In this document: one piece after another, positions 52,708 to 64,000 of the stretch
How the letters are laid out: the number at the start of each line of letters is the position of its first letter
How positions within the stretch are numbered: the first letter of the stretch is position 1
Assembly (NCBI GenBank): GCA_964016885.1
Contig: OZ024746.1
Span: 72,850,001-72,914,000, forward strand
Origin: Eledone cirrhosa
Taxonomy: Eukaryota
Reading direction: 5' to 3'
DNA length: 64,000 bases
Notes under the pieces: model-generated
What the model was told of the DNA's origin: nothing
Seen by the model: only the letters and a program-made list of their open reading frames with translations
The model's database searches: none
Made by a program: the position numbers and the translations under genes

Positions 52708-53382
52708 TAAATATTGATTTCTTATTTTGCACTAAGAACATATTTTATAGTTGATTGGATCCAAACCAATAAATTAGTGACATTCACAACATAAATATAT
52801 CCATAACAACAGTGGATTGGCAGTATTGGTAGGGAGTCGGACAACATGCTTTAAGGCATATAGTTACGTCCCTTTACATTCTGAGTTCAAATACCACCGA
52901 GGTTAGTTTTGCCACAAGTCGCTGTGTAGTAGAAATCCCGCTGAGGTCAGCTTTCTCCTTTATCCTTCTCAGTGGTCAATGAAATAATCGAATACATTAA
53001 ATCTCCAGCCCAACATCTCTCGAATTGTTTTTAGAGAAGAAGTCATTATTTTTTGTATAACAGAGATATAAAAGGTCAAGATAAACTCAATGGAACTCGG
53101 TACGGAGAAAGAAGAAACTATACTAATAGTCACTTAGTCCAGAACTCTACATTTTCTGCTGCTCCCCTACTTTCTGTCACACCAATCTTACTATAATATT
53201 CATACAATAATTCTTTAGACTGGAAACACAACCATTTCCCTTTCTCCACTGTCCCAATCCCAATGTACTATATAGTCATATTCTGTCAAGTAAGCCAGTT
53301 AAGAAATAAAACAAAAAGGAATAAAAAACAAAACCTAAATCAAAACACTAAGTCACTGGTGGAAAATGTTCGGGGTAGAAAC

Positions 53383-53550
53383 AGGAAATAATTGTTTCTA
53401 CTTTAGTTTCTACTACAAGGCCAGCAATTACCCAGTGCATTACTGGTACTTTATTTTATCGACCCCGTAAGGACGAAAGGCAAAGTCAACCTCAGCGGGA
53501 TTTGAATTCAGATCGTAAAGGGACGTAACTATGCTGGAAAGCACGGCGAA
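53383..53550 (-). mobile_element. Nin/Deu-domain tRNA SINE
   Basis: Same family as 4881-5285; absent from the paralogous region near 560-585. Confidence 0.75.
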
Positions 53551-53670
53551 ATAATGTTGTCAGTTTTCTACAATTTTTTTCCAAAGGTCACACCTGGTGT
53601 AAGTGACTGTTCCCATGACCCTCCCTCCTCCACCTTCAAGACAAGTGATACGTTTCCTTATGTATCTTAC

Positions 53671-53708
53671 GAGTAAAAGGAAAGGAATGCAAGCCAAAAC
53701 ATTGGAGC
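53671..53708 (-). CDS. Candidate micro-exon C (38 nt), hydrophobic: xSNVLACIPFLLL or MFWLAFLSFY
   Basis: tatag|GCTCCAATGTTTTGGCTTGCATTCCTTTCCTTTTACTC|gtaaga; more divergent than its flank versus 1398-1427; frame ambiguous. Confidence 0.45.
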
Positions 53709-56006
53709 CTATATATTACATTATAACCTTCTATGGTGGAGTGCTAGCATGGTCACAGTGTATTGAACTGAAACCAATAAAAGTATGTAACTAATAAACA
53801 CCGTCATTGGTGAACACTATTAGCAATGAAAGTTAGGTCTGTTTTAAAAGCAGTTGAAGAGTAGATGCATGTAAATGATTAATGGAAGATTCGAGCACTT
53901 GACTTAACTTCATTCCTTAGTTATATCTGTTATACGATAGATGTTGTTACGCTCTTTTAAAATGGTATAAATATTACAGTGTCATTTGATATTTGATGTA
54001 TGTGGGTGATAATATCAATATTTCAATCTATCCAGGCTTCACAAAACAACAGGGATATTGGTAAAAGAACATGGATTATGTAACAGGCAAAGGAATAATG
54101 TGACTTTTAGTGATAATGTGTTTCATAGGAATCCAGTATGTACATTTGAATTGGGTGAAAGAGCGAACAATTTCTGATTATTTGCCAATTGAACTGGTTT
54201 TCTTGTAGTTTTCCAGATATCAACAACATATCTCTATCATTGTGTGACAATGCTGTGTTTTATGTTGGAGTGCTCTGCTTGTATAGTTTGAAAGAGTGGA
54301 AGATGGAGAGGGTTTTATTAGAATTATACCTCGTAAAAGCCTGTTTTGTCATATCTATTATCAGATCTGACCGACAATTGTGTCCCTCGGGTAATTGTGA
54401 CTTTGGTAGACTTACTTGTTGAGGAAGCGGTACTGCTATAATAACTGAGGCTTTATATGAGAACAGATTCGCAGCCAGTTAAGTAATATTGAAATCTAGA
54501 AAAATATCATTTGCAAGTTTTATGCAAGAGCTACGAATTGAGTTTTAAATATTGGGAAAGACGACCACAGTAGCTTTCTAATTCAGTCTGTTAGCGTAGA
54601 AATGTAATAGAGATGGGGCCTGAAAAACATATGTTAATTTTATAGGGCCTCGTGTTTTCGGAAAACAAAATCTATATTTTAGGAAAATGAAATAAGAATT
54701 AAAAATGAAAAATGGTTTCTAGTTGGTCGTTTGATTTCGTTTATACGATTTTCGAAAGACGAAATTGAATGAAACCATATCTTCCAGAAGACCAATATTA
54801 GTAGTTTAAAATGTTATTAAAAGTCAGAAGTTAGAAGCTGAAACTTAAATTAAATAGATTAAACAATGGAAAGTTATCGAAAATGGAAATAAAAGTGAAT
54901 TCTCTAAAATTTACAACATTAAAAATAAATAAATAAAAAAAGCCGAAAGATCGGAAGAGATGTTTAAATATATCACACTTACTCTCAAATTGTATTCCAA
55001 TTTTGGCTAGAAAGGATAGAAAATGGAAAGATCATGAGGGTAAGCAACAGAAAGAGAATATATAAGTTGATATTCTATAGTTAAATGAATAAAGGGATAT
55101 GATGGGCTGCGATATGTAAAACTGTATTGATATTTCAGAAGAAAATTAACCATTTCGATACCCAACTGCCTGGAGCAGCAACTGGATCTAACATACAAAG
55201 CTGTTTTATTTTCTCAGAGTATTGATATTTATTTTAAAATCTTCCACCATAAATCTATGTAAGAACATTTGTAAAGTTACACTGAAACATTAGATGAGAG
55301 AGATATATCATTAAATCGACCTAAATTTTTGATTATTGTGAAAATTATTATTATAAAGAAAATTATTTAAATATTATAGGCAGTGTATTTCATTAGAGAT
55401 ATGGTAATAAAACTGTTAATAATATTGAATATCATGAGTATTGACATTAGAGTCATAGGAACATGATCCCCATAATGTATCCTCATCTATAAAGGGCCAG
55501 AATACTGACAAGAGACACACATTTAAGTAGCGGTAACTAAAGTGAGCTCGACACAACACGGTCAACCAAGACCTTATAGATTGGGGCTACATCAGTTTCA
55601 ACAATCAGTGTTCCTGTTGCTTAGTCAACTGAACAATCTGTTTATGAAATTAACATGTAAATGGTTGGGAATTCCACAGACACGTGTACCCTGGATGTCC
55701 TTCCCTGGAGGAATTAGCATGACATAGTGTTTGACAAGTTTTGTCTTTTGAATTACATATACAGTATTTTCGAATGGGCTTCCAAACAGTTTCCGTCTGC
55801 CCAATCTTACTCACATGGGTCTATCTGATGATATGGTAAAATATGTCACGCAGTGGGATCGAACCTGAGTCAACGAATTACATCAATTATCGATGGACAG
55901 GTACAAAATTGCTAAGAAAAAAAAGACATCATTCTTTCAAATAATATTTTGTTATCTTATGTAAAACATAATGAACATTTTTACATATAAGGGAGATAAT
56001 ACTCAC

Positions 56007-56035
56007 ATGGTATTGCTTTAAAGCATTCCGTTTTT
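56007..56035 (-). CDS. Micro-exon B (29 nt, phase 2 to 1): KTECFKAIP
   Basis: gtttttcag|AAAAACGGAATGCTTTAAAGCAATACCAT|gtgagt; exactly one codon shorter than the paralogs. Confidence 0.65.
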
Positions 56036-56093
56036 CTGAAAAACAAAAATTAAAGAAAAATACTTTGTAATAAAAGTTGTTAATTCAGTGTTA

Positions 56094-56412
56094 TTAGAAT
56101 TTTTTTCAACACGCTGACGTGTATGAGCATATACATACAATTATATGTATAAGTATATACATATAAGCGCGCAAAAACTGATACACTTAGAAAAACACAC
56201 ACTCACAGACATACATTCAGACAAATACAATTACATTCACACAAACACACACATACACTCCCACACAGTGTAGCAAATGGAACACCAGCCGCTGTTTTGC
56301 TCTAGTTTTTTCCCCATCTCCTTCCTTCCTTTTACCCACACATACATTCACACACGCACACACACGCACACACACACGCACACACACACAGACAGACACT
56401 GACACACACACA

Positions 56413-56481
<69 letters not shown>

Positions 56482-56874
56482 ACACAAACATTGTGTGACG
56501 GACGGAAGTTGCTCAAATATAGAAAGTACACACAGGTGTAGTGAATGCGAGACGCTGTTTTTTGCAGTAGTCATCACCCCTTCCTTCCTCAGTCATCTCT
56601 AGTGCGTGACGCCATCACTTTTCCTTCCTTAATTATCTCTAGTGTGTGATGTCATCACCCCTTCCTTCCTCAGTCATCACCACTTCCTTCCTGAATCATC
56701 TTTTGTGCCTGACGCCATCACCCCTTCCTTCCTCATTTATCTCTAGCACGTCATGTCATCATCCCTTCCTTCCTCAACCATCTCTTGTGCGTGACGTCAT
56801 CACCTCTTCCTTCATCAGTCATCTCTAGTGTGCGACGTACGGACGGACAGAAGTCGCTGAAATTTATATATCGA
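56094..56874 (-). mobile_element. Non-autonomous Helitron with internal (TG)n and a roughly 37-bp minisatellite
   Basis: Minus strand 5' TC, 3' hairpin ACACG-TCAG-CGTGT plus CTAA; inserted at A|T with no TSD (empty site GTGTTA|TGAAAGAGAC at 16852 and 30328). Confidence 0.8.
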
Positions 56875-57174
56875 TGAACGAGACAGGGAATGGAATAGAC
56901 ATCCAACAATTTCAACGGTTTGAGCTCAAATTTTCAATCAATAGAACAGCTTGTACGGGAAAATTCAATATTTCTTTCTTTGGATTTATACGGAAAAGAA
57001 ATTGAACAGTGTAGAGTTTAACAGGGAGAAGAAGTATTAGGAATTATTAAGTACAGAGCACCTCCCATCTATGTAGTGCTGGTTTGCTCATACGCGGAAG
57101 GAAAATACATTTTCAATTAAATTTAACACGATGCACACACATACATGCACATACACATACATACATACATACAC

Positions 57175-57470
57175 ATTGAAAACGTGTTCTGTTGTAGAGA
57201 TCAGCTGCCCACTTGATGTAAACGTTGTCAGAAAAATACAGGAGAAGGAAGACATTTACAAACCATTGATGAGGAGTTTACAAATCCCATACCCAAGATA
57301 CACCTTTAGCTTCATACCCATCATTATTGGAACTATGGGTTATATACCAACCCGCTTGGACCAATGTATAACTGAACTTGGATTTTCGGACAAAGAACGC
57401 AGCTTCCTAATTCATAGGCTGCGATAGCTGGCACCTTCAAAGTTTGCAAAACATTCTTGCGATTCAAGGG
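57175..57470 (+). mobile_element. RLE-type (R4/Dong-like) LINE 3' fragment
   Basis: KTCSVVEISCPLDVNV...EKEDIY...FIPIIIGTMG. Confidence 0.7.
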
Positions 57471-57896
57471 ATGACAATTTCTTTTCTTTTACAACCTTGC
57501 CACCAGGAAGGTGGCCGGTCAAAAATATACTCGAAATTAAGAGAAAGAGAGATATACATAAAAAGGTACATAGGTAGAACCTGAAATAAAAAAGCAAAAC
57601 GCCATCAAACTAAAACACAACTAGCTTGATATAATCAATGGGATCACAGACAATACTGATTTTTTGAATTACAGGTACAGTCCATCAGACGAGTCTCCAA
57701 ACTCTTCCAGTCGACCCAATTTCACAAGGCATGGGATCAACCCAGGTAATGATAAATAGTATTTGCTAAGGGTGCTACGTAGGGGGATCAAACACACACC
57801 TTAATTATTGCGAAGTGAATTTGTTAACCATTCGGCAATGTAGAGTCTACAAAATTACAATAGAGTCATAAGAAATATAGAGTAGAATACACTTAC

Positions 57897-57924
57897 TTCG
57901 TGGCATCCTTTATGTTAGAACAAC
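57897..57924 (-). CDS. Micro-exon A (28 nt, phase 1 to 2): xCSNIKDAT
   Basis: ttctccag|GTTGTTCTAACATAAAGGATGCCACGAA|gtaagt. Confidence 0.65.
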
Positions 57925-58313
57925 CTGGAGAATGGATAAAAAAAAATATTAATCATGTTACTCTAGAACAAAGGTTTTCAACCCATTTCGGCCAAACGCC
58001 TCCTTTTGCCCATCGAAATCACGAAACGTCCCTCCCCACCCTATTTTTCCATTTTTCAATATACTACTGATTTTGATATCAGTAGATTACTGGGTCAAAT
58101 CAAGTTATGTTAGAATCGTTAAAAAATACTCGTACGAATTAAATACAAAAAAGCTTCAGTTCAAAACAAAAGCAAGCTATTTCAAATTATATATTTTTGA
58201 AAAATAAACTTGATTGAACTCAGTCGAAAAGCTTTTTTTTTAAATTCTATATTTCACTGTTAGCCGTTGTAATATTTTGAGTGGATAGACAATTCTACAA
58301 TTCGTCAAATAAC

Positions 58314-58357
<44 letters not shown>

Positions 58358-58520
58358 AAGGTTAAACAAGGTTCAATGAATAAAACTTTTATAGCCTGAA
58401 ATATTATACCTTTAGATTAATTCATTATTCTGAACTAACATAAATGATTCGAAATTTAACGGTCAGCCGGATACGTTTGGATATATATAGTGTATATAAT
58501 TAATTGTTAGTATATTTCTA

Positions 58521-60497
58521 ATCCCGACCAGGTCCATACACGACAACCTCCACCTCATGCGATACATCATAGAGAGGGTGGGTAGTAAACCCGTCTTCGG
58601 TGGGGCTCTGATCAATTTGGATCAGTCTAAGGCATTCGATAGGGTCGACCATCGATACTTGGAAGCGGTTCTCAAGGCGGCCGGTATCGGTCCCGTTTTC
58701 AGAGGCTGGATCGAGGCGATGCACACCAGCATCTGCTCGAGGGTCAAGGTGAACGGCTACCTATCGGAGCCGTTCGCAATCACGCGTTCCATTCGACAGG
58801 GATGCCCTCTCTCATCCATTCTGTATGTATTGACTCTAGAGCCACTACTGCGGAAATTGGAGCTGTTGCAGGGCATCCCTCTAGAACCGGGACTGCGCAA
58901 AGCGGCGTCGGCTTATGTCGACGACGTGACGGTAATGGTGTCGAGCACCTTGGAAATAGGGGTGATTGGTAACTTACTGAAAGAATACGAAACGCTGACG
59001 GGAGCAAAACTAAACCCGGACAAGTCTGCCGGTTTGCAACTCGGTACGTGGAGAGGCAAACCGATGACGTCCGACAGCGTCGTTGGACGCTGGACGGACG
59101 GACCGGTGAAATTGCTCGGGGTCTGGTTCGCTCCAGACCTCCAGGTGGAGAAAAACTGGAACGAGGTCCCAGCCAAGGTGTTTGCACTCACCCAGAAGTG
59201 AGCAGAGTGCAAACTGTCCTTGAAAGGTCGAGCGGAGGTGGCGAACACTTTCATAGTGTCCGTCATCTACTACCGCTTGACTGTCGTGCCTTGTCCTCGC
59301 GAACACCTCGCCAAGTTCCAGTTTCTGTGGAAGAAGCAGGCTCCACTGGTGAGGAGATCCGTCTGCTGTCAGCACCCTTCCAACGGAGGGCTGGGAATGC
59401 CGTGGCTGATGATGCGCAAACATGCGCTGAGGCTGCGGCATCTACAGGTATTACTCACCGACCCCCAACCGGTGTGGGCACCGTTTTTTAGGAGAGGCTT
59501 TCCCGCAGCTCGTCTCGCTGACGGAGCTGCCGTCTTGGGTCAAGAAAAGACCGAAAACGATGGGCGCCTGGGACATTGAATGCGCTCAGGCGCTCACAGT
59601 CCTCCGGCAAGCGGGCACAGCAATCAGTGGAGACTCCACTTCGACATTCTATAGAGGGATTGTACGTTACAAGGGCGACGACGTGCCCGGAGAGACTCTG
59701 GGCGTCGAAGACGATGAGCTCACCAGTCTGTTTGGTAGGACTTTCCGCCCGGGACTTATGGACAACTTCCAGACGTCCCAGTTCGTGACAAGATCTACAG
59801 GCACGGACGCCTCGGCAGGGATCCTTCCAAGATGACGTGTACAACATGCGCGCAGGACATTGAAACCGTCCTGCACGCAATTGTACACTGCCCGGGCGTA
59901 ACCGACCTGTGGAGCTATGCAGAACAACTGCTGTCGCGTATGGGACAAATCCAGTTGACTGCCGAGTCCATAGTAAGGATCAAACCGCCAGCCTCTTTCA
60001 AAAACGAAAGAGTGGCGGTTTTCCTCTGTACAGTGGCTATGGTGAAATAGGTTATATGGTGGACGAGATTGAGAGGACTGAGGACAGATGCCTTTCTCTC
60101 CGGACAACAATTGATTCCCTTCTTTAAGTATCACTTTAGAAGGAGAATCAGAGTGGAGAGAGAGGCACTGCACCCCAGTAAATTTACTGAAAGGTGGGTG
60201 AATGTGGAAAAAATAGCCAGAGTGATTGGGCCTTCTCTGTTTATAAGCCTGTAGGTTAAAGAAGAGAGCAAAATGAAGAAACGAGCACTTGCACAACACG
60301 CTCCTGAAGTTGAGGGTTATTCTATCGACGGGGTATTTAACAACTCATTTGTGACGCTTCCTCCCTCTTGGGGATTTCGATTGTTATAATTGTTTGTTTA
60401 TATTTTTTTACACGACTGTATGTAAAATCCCGGCATGTTTTTGTATTGTCCCCTTTTCTTGTGCGCCATTGTGGCAAATAAAGATATCTATCTATCT
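58521..60497 (+). mobile_element. 5'-truncated Tx1/L1-clade LINE
   Basis: LDQSKAFDRVDH, RQGCPLS, AYVDD; same family as 32456-37542; ends AATAAAGATATCTATCTATCT. Confidence 0.9.
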
Positions 60498-60689
60498 CCA
60501 ACAGGGGGCTCAATCATGCGGCCCGCGAACTACTTTTCTGTGGCCCGTGGTAGAACCTATATATATTAAAAAATATACATGTGTGTGTGTGTATAATATA
60601 TATATACATATATATCACACACACATATGTATATATATATAAATATCCTTACACACTTAAATATAAATGCATGTATATATATACAAAGC

Positions 60690-61730
60690 ATAAAGGTTGA
60701 TTACATATTACACAAGCAATAACAAATCCAAGACATTGAAGAAATAAAGAATAAAAAATAATAAAAGATAAAAAATATTGAGGAAGTAAAAATAAAAATA
60801 AACATTGAAAAATAAACATTGAAAAATAATTGAAAAATAAGGGGTGCTATCGGTCACAGTTGGGCAGGGTGCTGTCAACATACAGTTACATACAAGCATA
60901 CGCATGGATAAGAGATAGAGAACAGACAAGAATAGATAAGATAGATAGGAGTAGGTAAGAATAGATAACCGGTTTGTGATTACCCCACCGCTCAACAGTG
61001 TGAATGCACACCCGTGACTTTCGAGTGTGAACTTTTGAGACTGCCCAACCTGGGACGTCTCCATTGCATTGCAATGGTCAAGTGATACTGATAACTGTGA
61101 CACTTAGGGCCTTCGTGGGCCCCTGATATATTCAAGAAATATATTCTAAAAATATATATCTTATCTCAATTTACTTTATTTTATTTTATTTTATTTTATT
61201 TTATTTCATTTTATTTAATTTTATTTAATTATATCTTATATTATATTATTTTATTTTATTTTATTGTATTATTATTATATTATATTACATCTTATTTTAT
61301 ATAATTTTAATTTTAATTTTATTTTATTTTATTTAATTCCTTACCCTGTATCACTATTATCTGTATATTTTATATGTATGTTTTTTATATTTTTTTATAT
61401 TTCTTATATATATTATATGTCTATTTTTTACCTATTTTTCACCTATTTTTTATCTATTCTTACCTACTCCTATCTATCTTATCTATTCTTGTCTGTTCTC
61501 TATCTCTTATCCATGCGTATGCTTGTATGTAACTGTATGTTGACAGCACCCCGCCCAACTGTGACCGATAGCACCCCTTATTTTTCAATTATTTTTCAAT
61601 GTTTATTTTTCAATGTTTATTTTTATTTTTATTTCCTCAATATTTTTTATCTTTTATTATTTTTTATTCTTTATTTCTTCAATGTCTTGGATTTGTTATT
61701 GCTTGTGTAATATGTAATCAACCTCTATGC
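60690..61730. repeat. Near-perfect inverted repeat of about 280 bp (60690-60968 / 61452-61730), probable Penelope pseudo-LTRs
   Basis: The same peptide appears in ORFs 60708-61103(-) and 61264-61710(+); hammerhead motif adjacent. Confidence 0.8.
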
Positions 61731-61773
61731 TCTGATGAGTCCCACTTATAGTGCGGATGAAACAATGTTAGCA
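61728..61773 (+). ncRNA. Minimal type I hammerhead ribozyme
   Basis: TGCT-CTGATGA-GTCCCAC..GTGCGGAT-GAAAC-aat-GTT-AGCA. Confidence 0.62.
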
Positions 61774-62036
61774 AGTAAACATATACATATGCTATAGGCG
61801 TTCTTTGTTGTTGATTATATCACGGCTCTGTCCTCAGACATCGAGCTAACCTTATACTGCCTATTGGATAAGTGGAGTGTTATACACCCCTGATCCTCTC
61901 CCTTATATACTGTATATATACAAATGTATTAATGCATAGCTATATACAAACGTTTGTATGTATATATGTATGTAGATTTATATATATATATATTTTTGTA
62001 TGTATGTAGATTTATATATATATATATATATATACA

Positions 62037-62083
<47 letters not shown>

Positions 62084-62502
62084 CTACATACATACATATA
62101 TACATACATACATACATTTACGTATATATATATAGTATGCATTTATACATTTGTATATATACAAGCATTTATATTTAAGTGTGTAAGGATGTTGACATGA
62201 TTTATGTTTTTTTTTTTGGTAAGGAGGAAATTCTGTCTCCAGATTTTATTACCTAGGGAGATTAAATACCACAGCTCTGGCTGAAAGCTGACCAGATTCT
62301 CTACCTCATCAAACACTAACGCAGGCCTGTGTGTGTACATGTGTGTGTGTTTGTATGTATGTATGTATGTATGTATCAGTGACGAAGGGTAACCTGGAAA
62401 GCAGGGCATGCAGTCCAATTGACATGGCGGAAAGTGGGGCTGTGCAGCCCCCCCCAATTTCCTCTAAATGACCCTCCCGGTCAAAGCCGCATGTAGTGTT
62501 AT

Positions 62503-62538
<36 letters not shown>

Positions 62539-62637
62539 CTTTTCATGTGTATACGATTTAGTAAGCAGCCAAAATTCTGCTTGTTTCAACCGACGCAATT
62601 GATCAACAAAAGATTCTATAACGCATGCACTGGTATG

Positions 62638-62669
<32 letters not shown>

Positions 62670-62689
62670 TGTATGTATGTATGTATGTA

Positions 62690-63150
62690 CAAAACCTGTC
62701 AAAGGGCAAAGGAGCTCTTAAGAGTCAATGGCCATCCAAAATCACCGGGAGAGATGACCCCTTAGCCTTTGTCAAGGCAGAATTCTAGAAGGAAAACTCT
62801 GATATAACACCTGCAACCCTGATGGTATCCAATGATGTTGACATGTTCTTCTTTTTGGTAAATATCATCATGGTTAAGAGTGTGGGACTGGCTTTGTGCA
62901 GTGCCTTTGCTCACTATAAAAGCTTCACGGCACAGGCATTGCTTTATATCTGGAGATCTCTCTGCACTTGTCGTCACATGGTACCATGGGCCCAGCACTA
63001 TGTGTCAATAATTGTCACAAGTGTAGTGTTTGTACCAGAATTTTCAAGTCCCTGGCTGGACTAAAATGTCACTCGTTCACCGCATCGGTAGGGGTTCTCC
63101 TACATGGGTATAAAGCAGTGGCCGTACTCGAAAACGAGTTGGCAGCCACC
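62690..63150 (+). mobile_element. 5'-truncated bipartite RTE derivative in (TATG)n
   Basis: Reverse complement of 19896-20360; encodes CSVCTRIFKSLAGLKCH. Confidence 0.7.
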
Positions 63151-64000
63151 ATGTATGTATGTATGTATGTATGTATGTATGTATGTATGTATGTATGTAT
63201 GTATGTATGTATGTATGTATGTATGTATGTATGCATGTGTGTGTATGTTCGTATGTATGTATACATATACACCCACACCTTTCATCACCATTGCTTCTTT
63301 TTGTTGTCATTTCTGTTGAAGTTGTTCTTGTAACTGTTGTCAAAGTTGACGTCCTTATGTCCATTTTCTTTGATTTTTTTTTTGTTTTTCTTTTATTTCC
63401 CTAGGGAATTCGTTGACAAGCTTCTTTTATTTATTTTATTCATTTTCTTCATTCAAATGCATTCACACTGGCTGTCTAAGAGACGTACAAATATGACTTA
63501 TAAAACTTACCAAACTGAAGGGGCTTCCAGCCCCCCCCCCAGCTCCAAACACCCCCTAACGCCCCCTTACTACATTGTTGAGAACCTTTGCTCTAGACCA
63601 ACTAATTTGAGTTCACATACAAATAGCAGTTTTGGTATATTAACTGGATATTAACTAGCTGGCGGCATTAACGTGGAAGTTGTAACAGCAGCGGCGTTGG
63701 TAGCAGCATCAGCAGCAGCAGTAGTAGTAGTAGTAATCGTAGTTGTAGTAGTAGTAGTAGTAGTAGTATTGGCTGTCGTACTGGCAGTCGTAGGAGTAGA
63801 AGTATCAGCAGCAGGGGGTGGTACTAGTAATAGTAGTAGTAGTAGTAGCAACAACAGCAGCAGCAGCAATAGTACTAGTACTACTAGTACTAGTAGTAGT
63901 AGTAGTAGTAATTTAGACTAAAGGTTACATATTGTTGATTAGAACCTATGGCCAAAACTGTTATATTCGAAATTCAGTACGATCCTCATGTCCAACGGGA

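Larger units (their letters stand above)
51200..57968. repeat. Most complete stretch of the tandem unit (period about 6.5 kb); resumes at 63591
   Basis: Block at 51200-51495 recurs at 57680-57968; the exon A copies are 6475 bp apart. Confidence 0.88.
57969..63590. mobile_element. Non-autonomous hAT (Charlie/Buster-like) element with nested insertions
   Basis: TIRs CAAAGGTTTTCAAC (57969-57982) and GTTGAGAACCTTTG (63577-63590); 8-bp TSD CTCTAGAA/CTCTAGAC; empty site CTCTAGAC in the paralogous units. Confidence 0.85.

Noticed and set aside
56570-56835. CRISPR-like periodic repeat
   Set aside because: No unique spacers, eukaryotic context; it is a Helitron-internal minisatellite.
60502-60550. 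Complete second hAT element
   Set aside because: Only a left-end-like motif (CAGGGGGCTCAA...GCGGCCCGCG); no matching right TIR or TSD found.

Overview
AT-rich, microsatellite-dense animal genomic DNA. The SINE families and (TA)n/(CA)n load suggest a cephalopod such as Octopus (inference, not proven). Most of the window is nested transposons: one intact RTE-clade LINE (1086-aa ORF, 26359-29619) plus decayed RTE copies, non-autonomous RTE derivatives, two Tx1/L1-type LINEs, R4/Dong-like and CR1-like fragments, Penelope-like fragments with hammerhead ribozymes, a decayed RepHel Helitron with a head-to-tail second copy, a non-autonomous Helitron, a hAT element with TIRs and an 8-bp TSD, tRNA-derived SINEs, and an intronless TRAPPC2 pseudogene. 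Underneath lies a roughly 6.5-kb tandemly duplicated unit present in about 5 broken copies. On the minus strand each copy carries micro-exons that the ORF track misses: exon A (28/28/28/46/52 nt, phase 1 to 2) and exon B (29/32/32/32 nt, phase 2 to 1). They have canonical splice sites, frame-preserving lengths and one invariant Cys each, and exon B is far more divergent between copies than the flanking introns. A+B encode a hypervariable C-x(10-12)-C peptide module. This candidate rapidly diversifying micro-exon gene array is the main discovery; a complete gene model cannot be fixed without RNA data.
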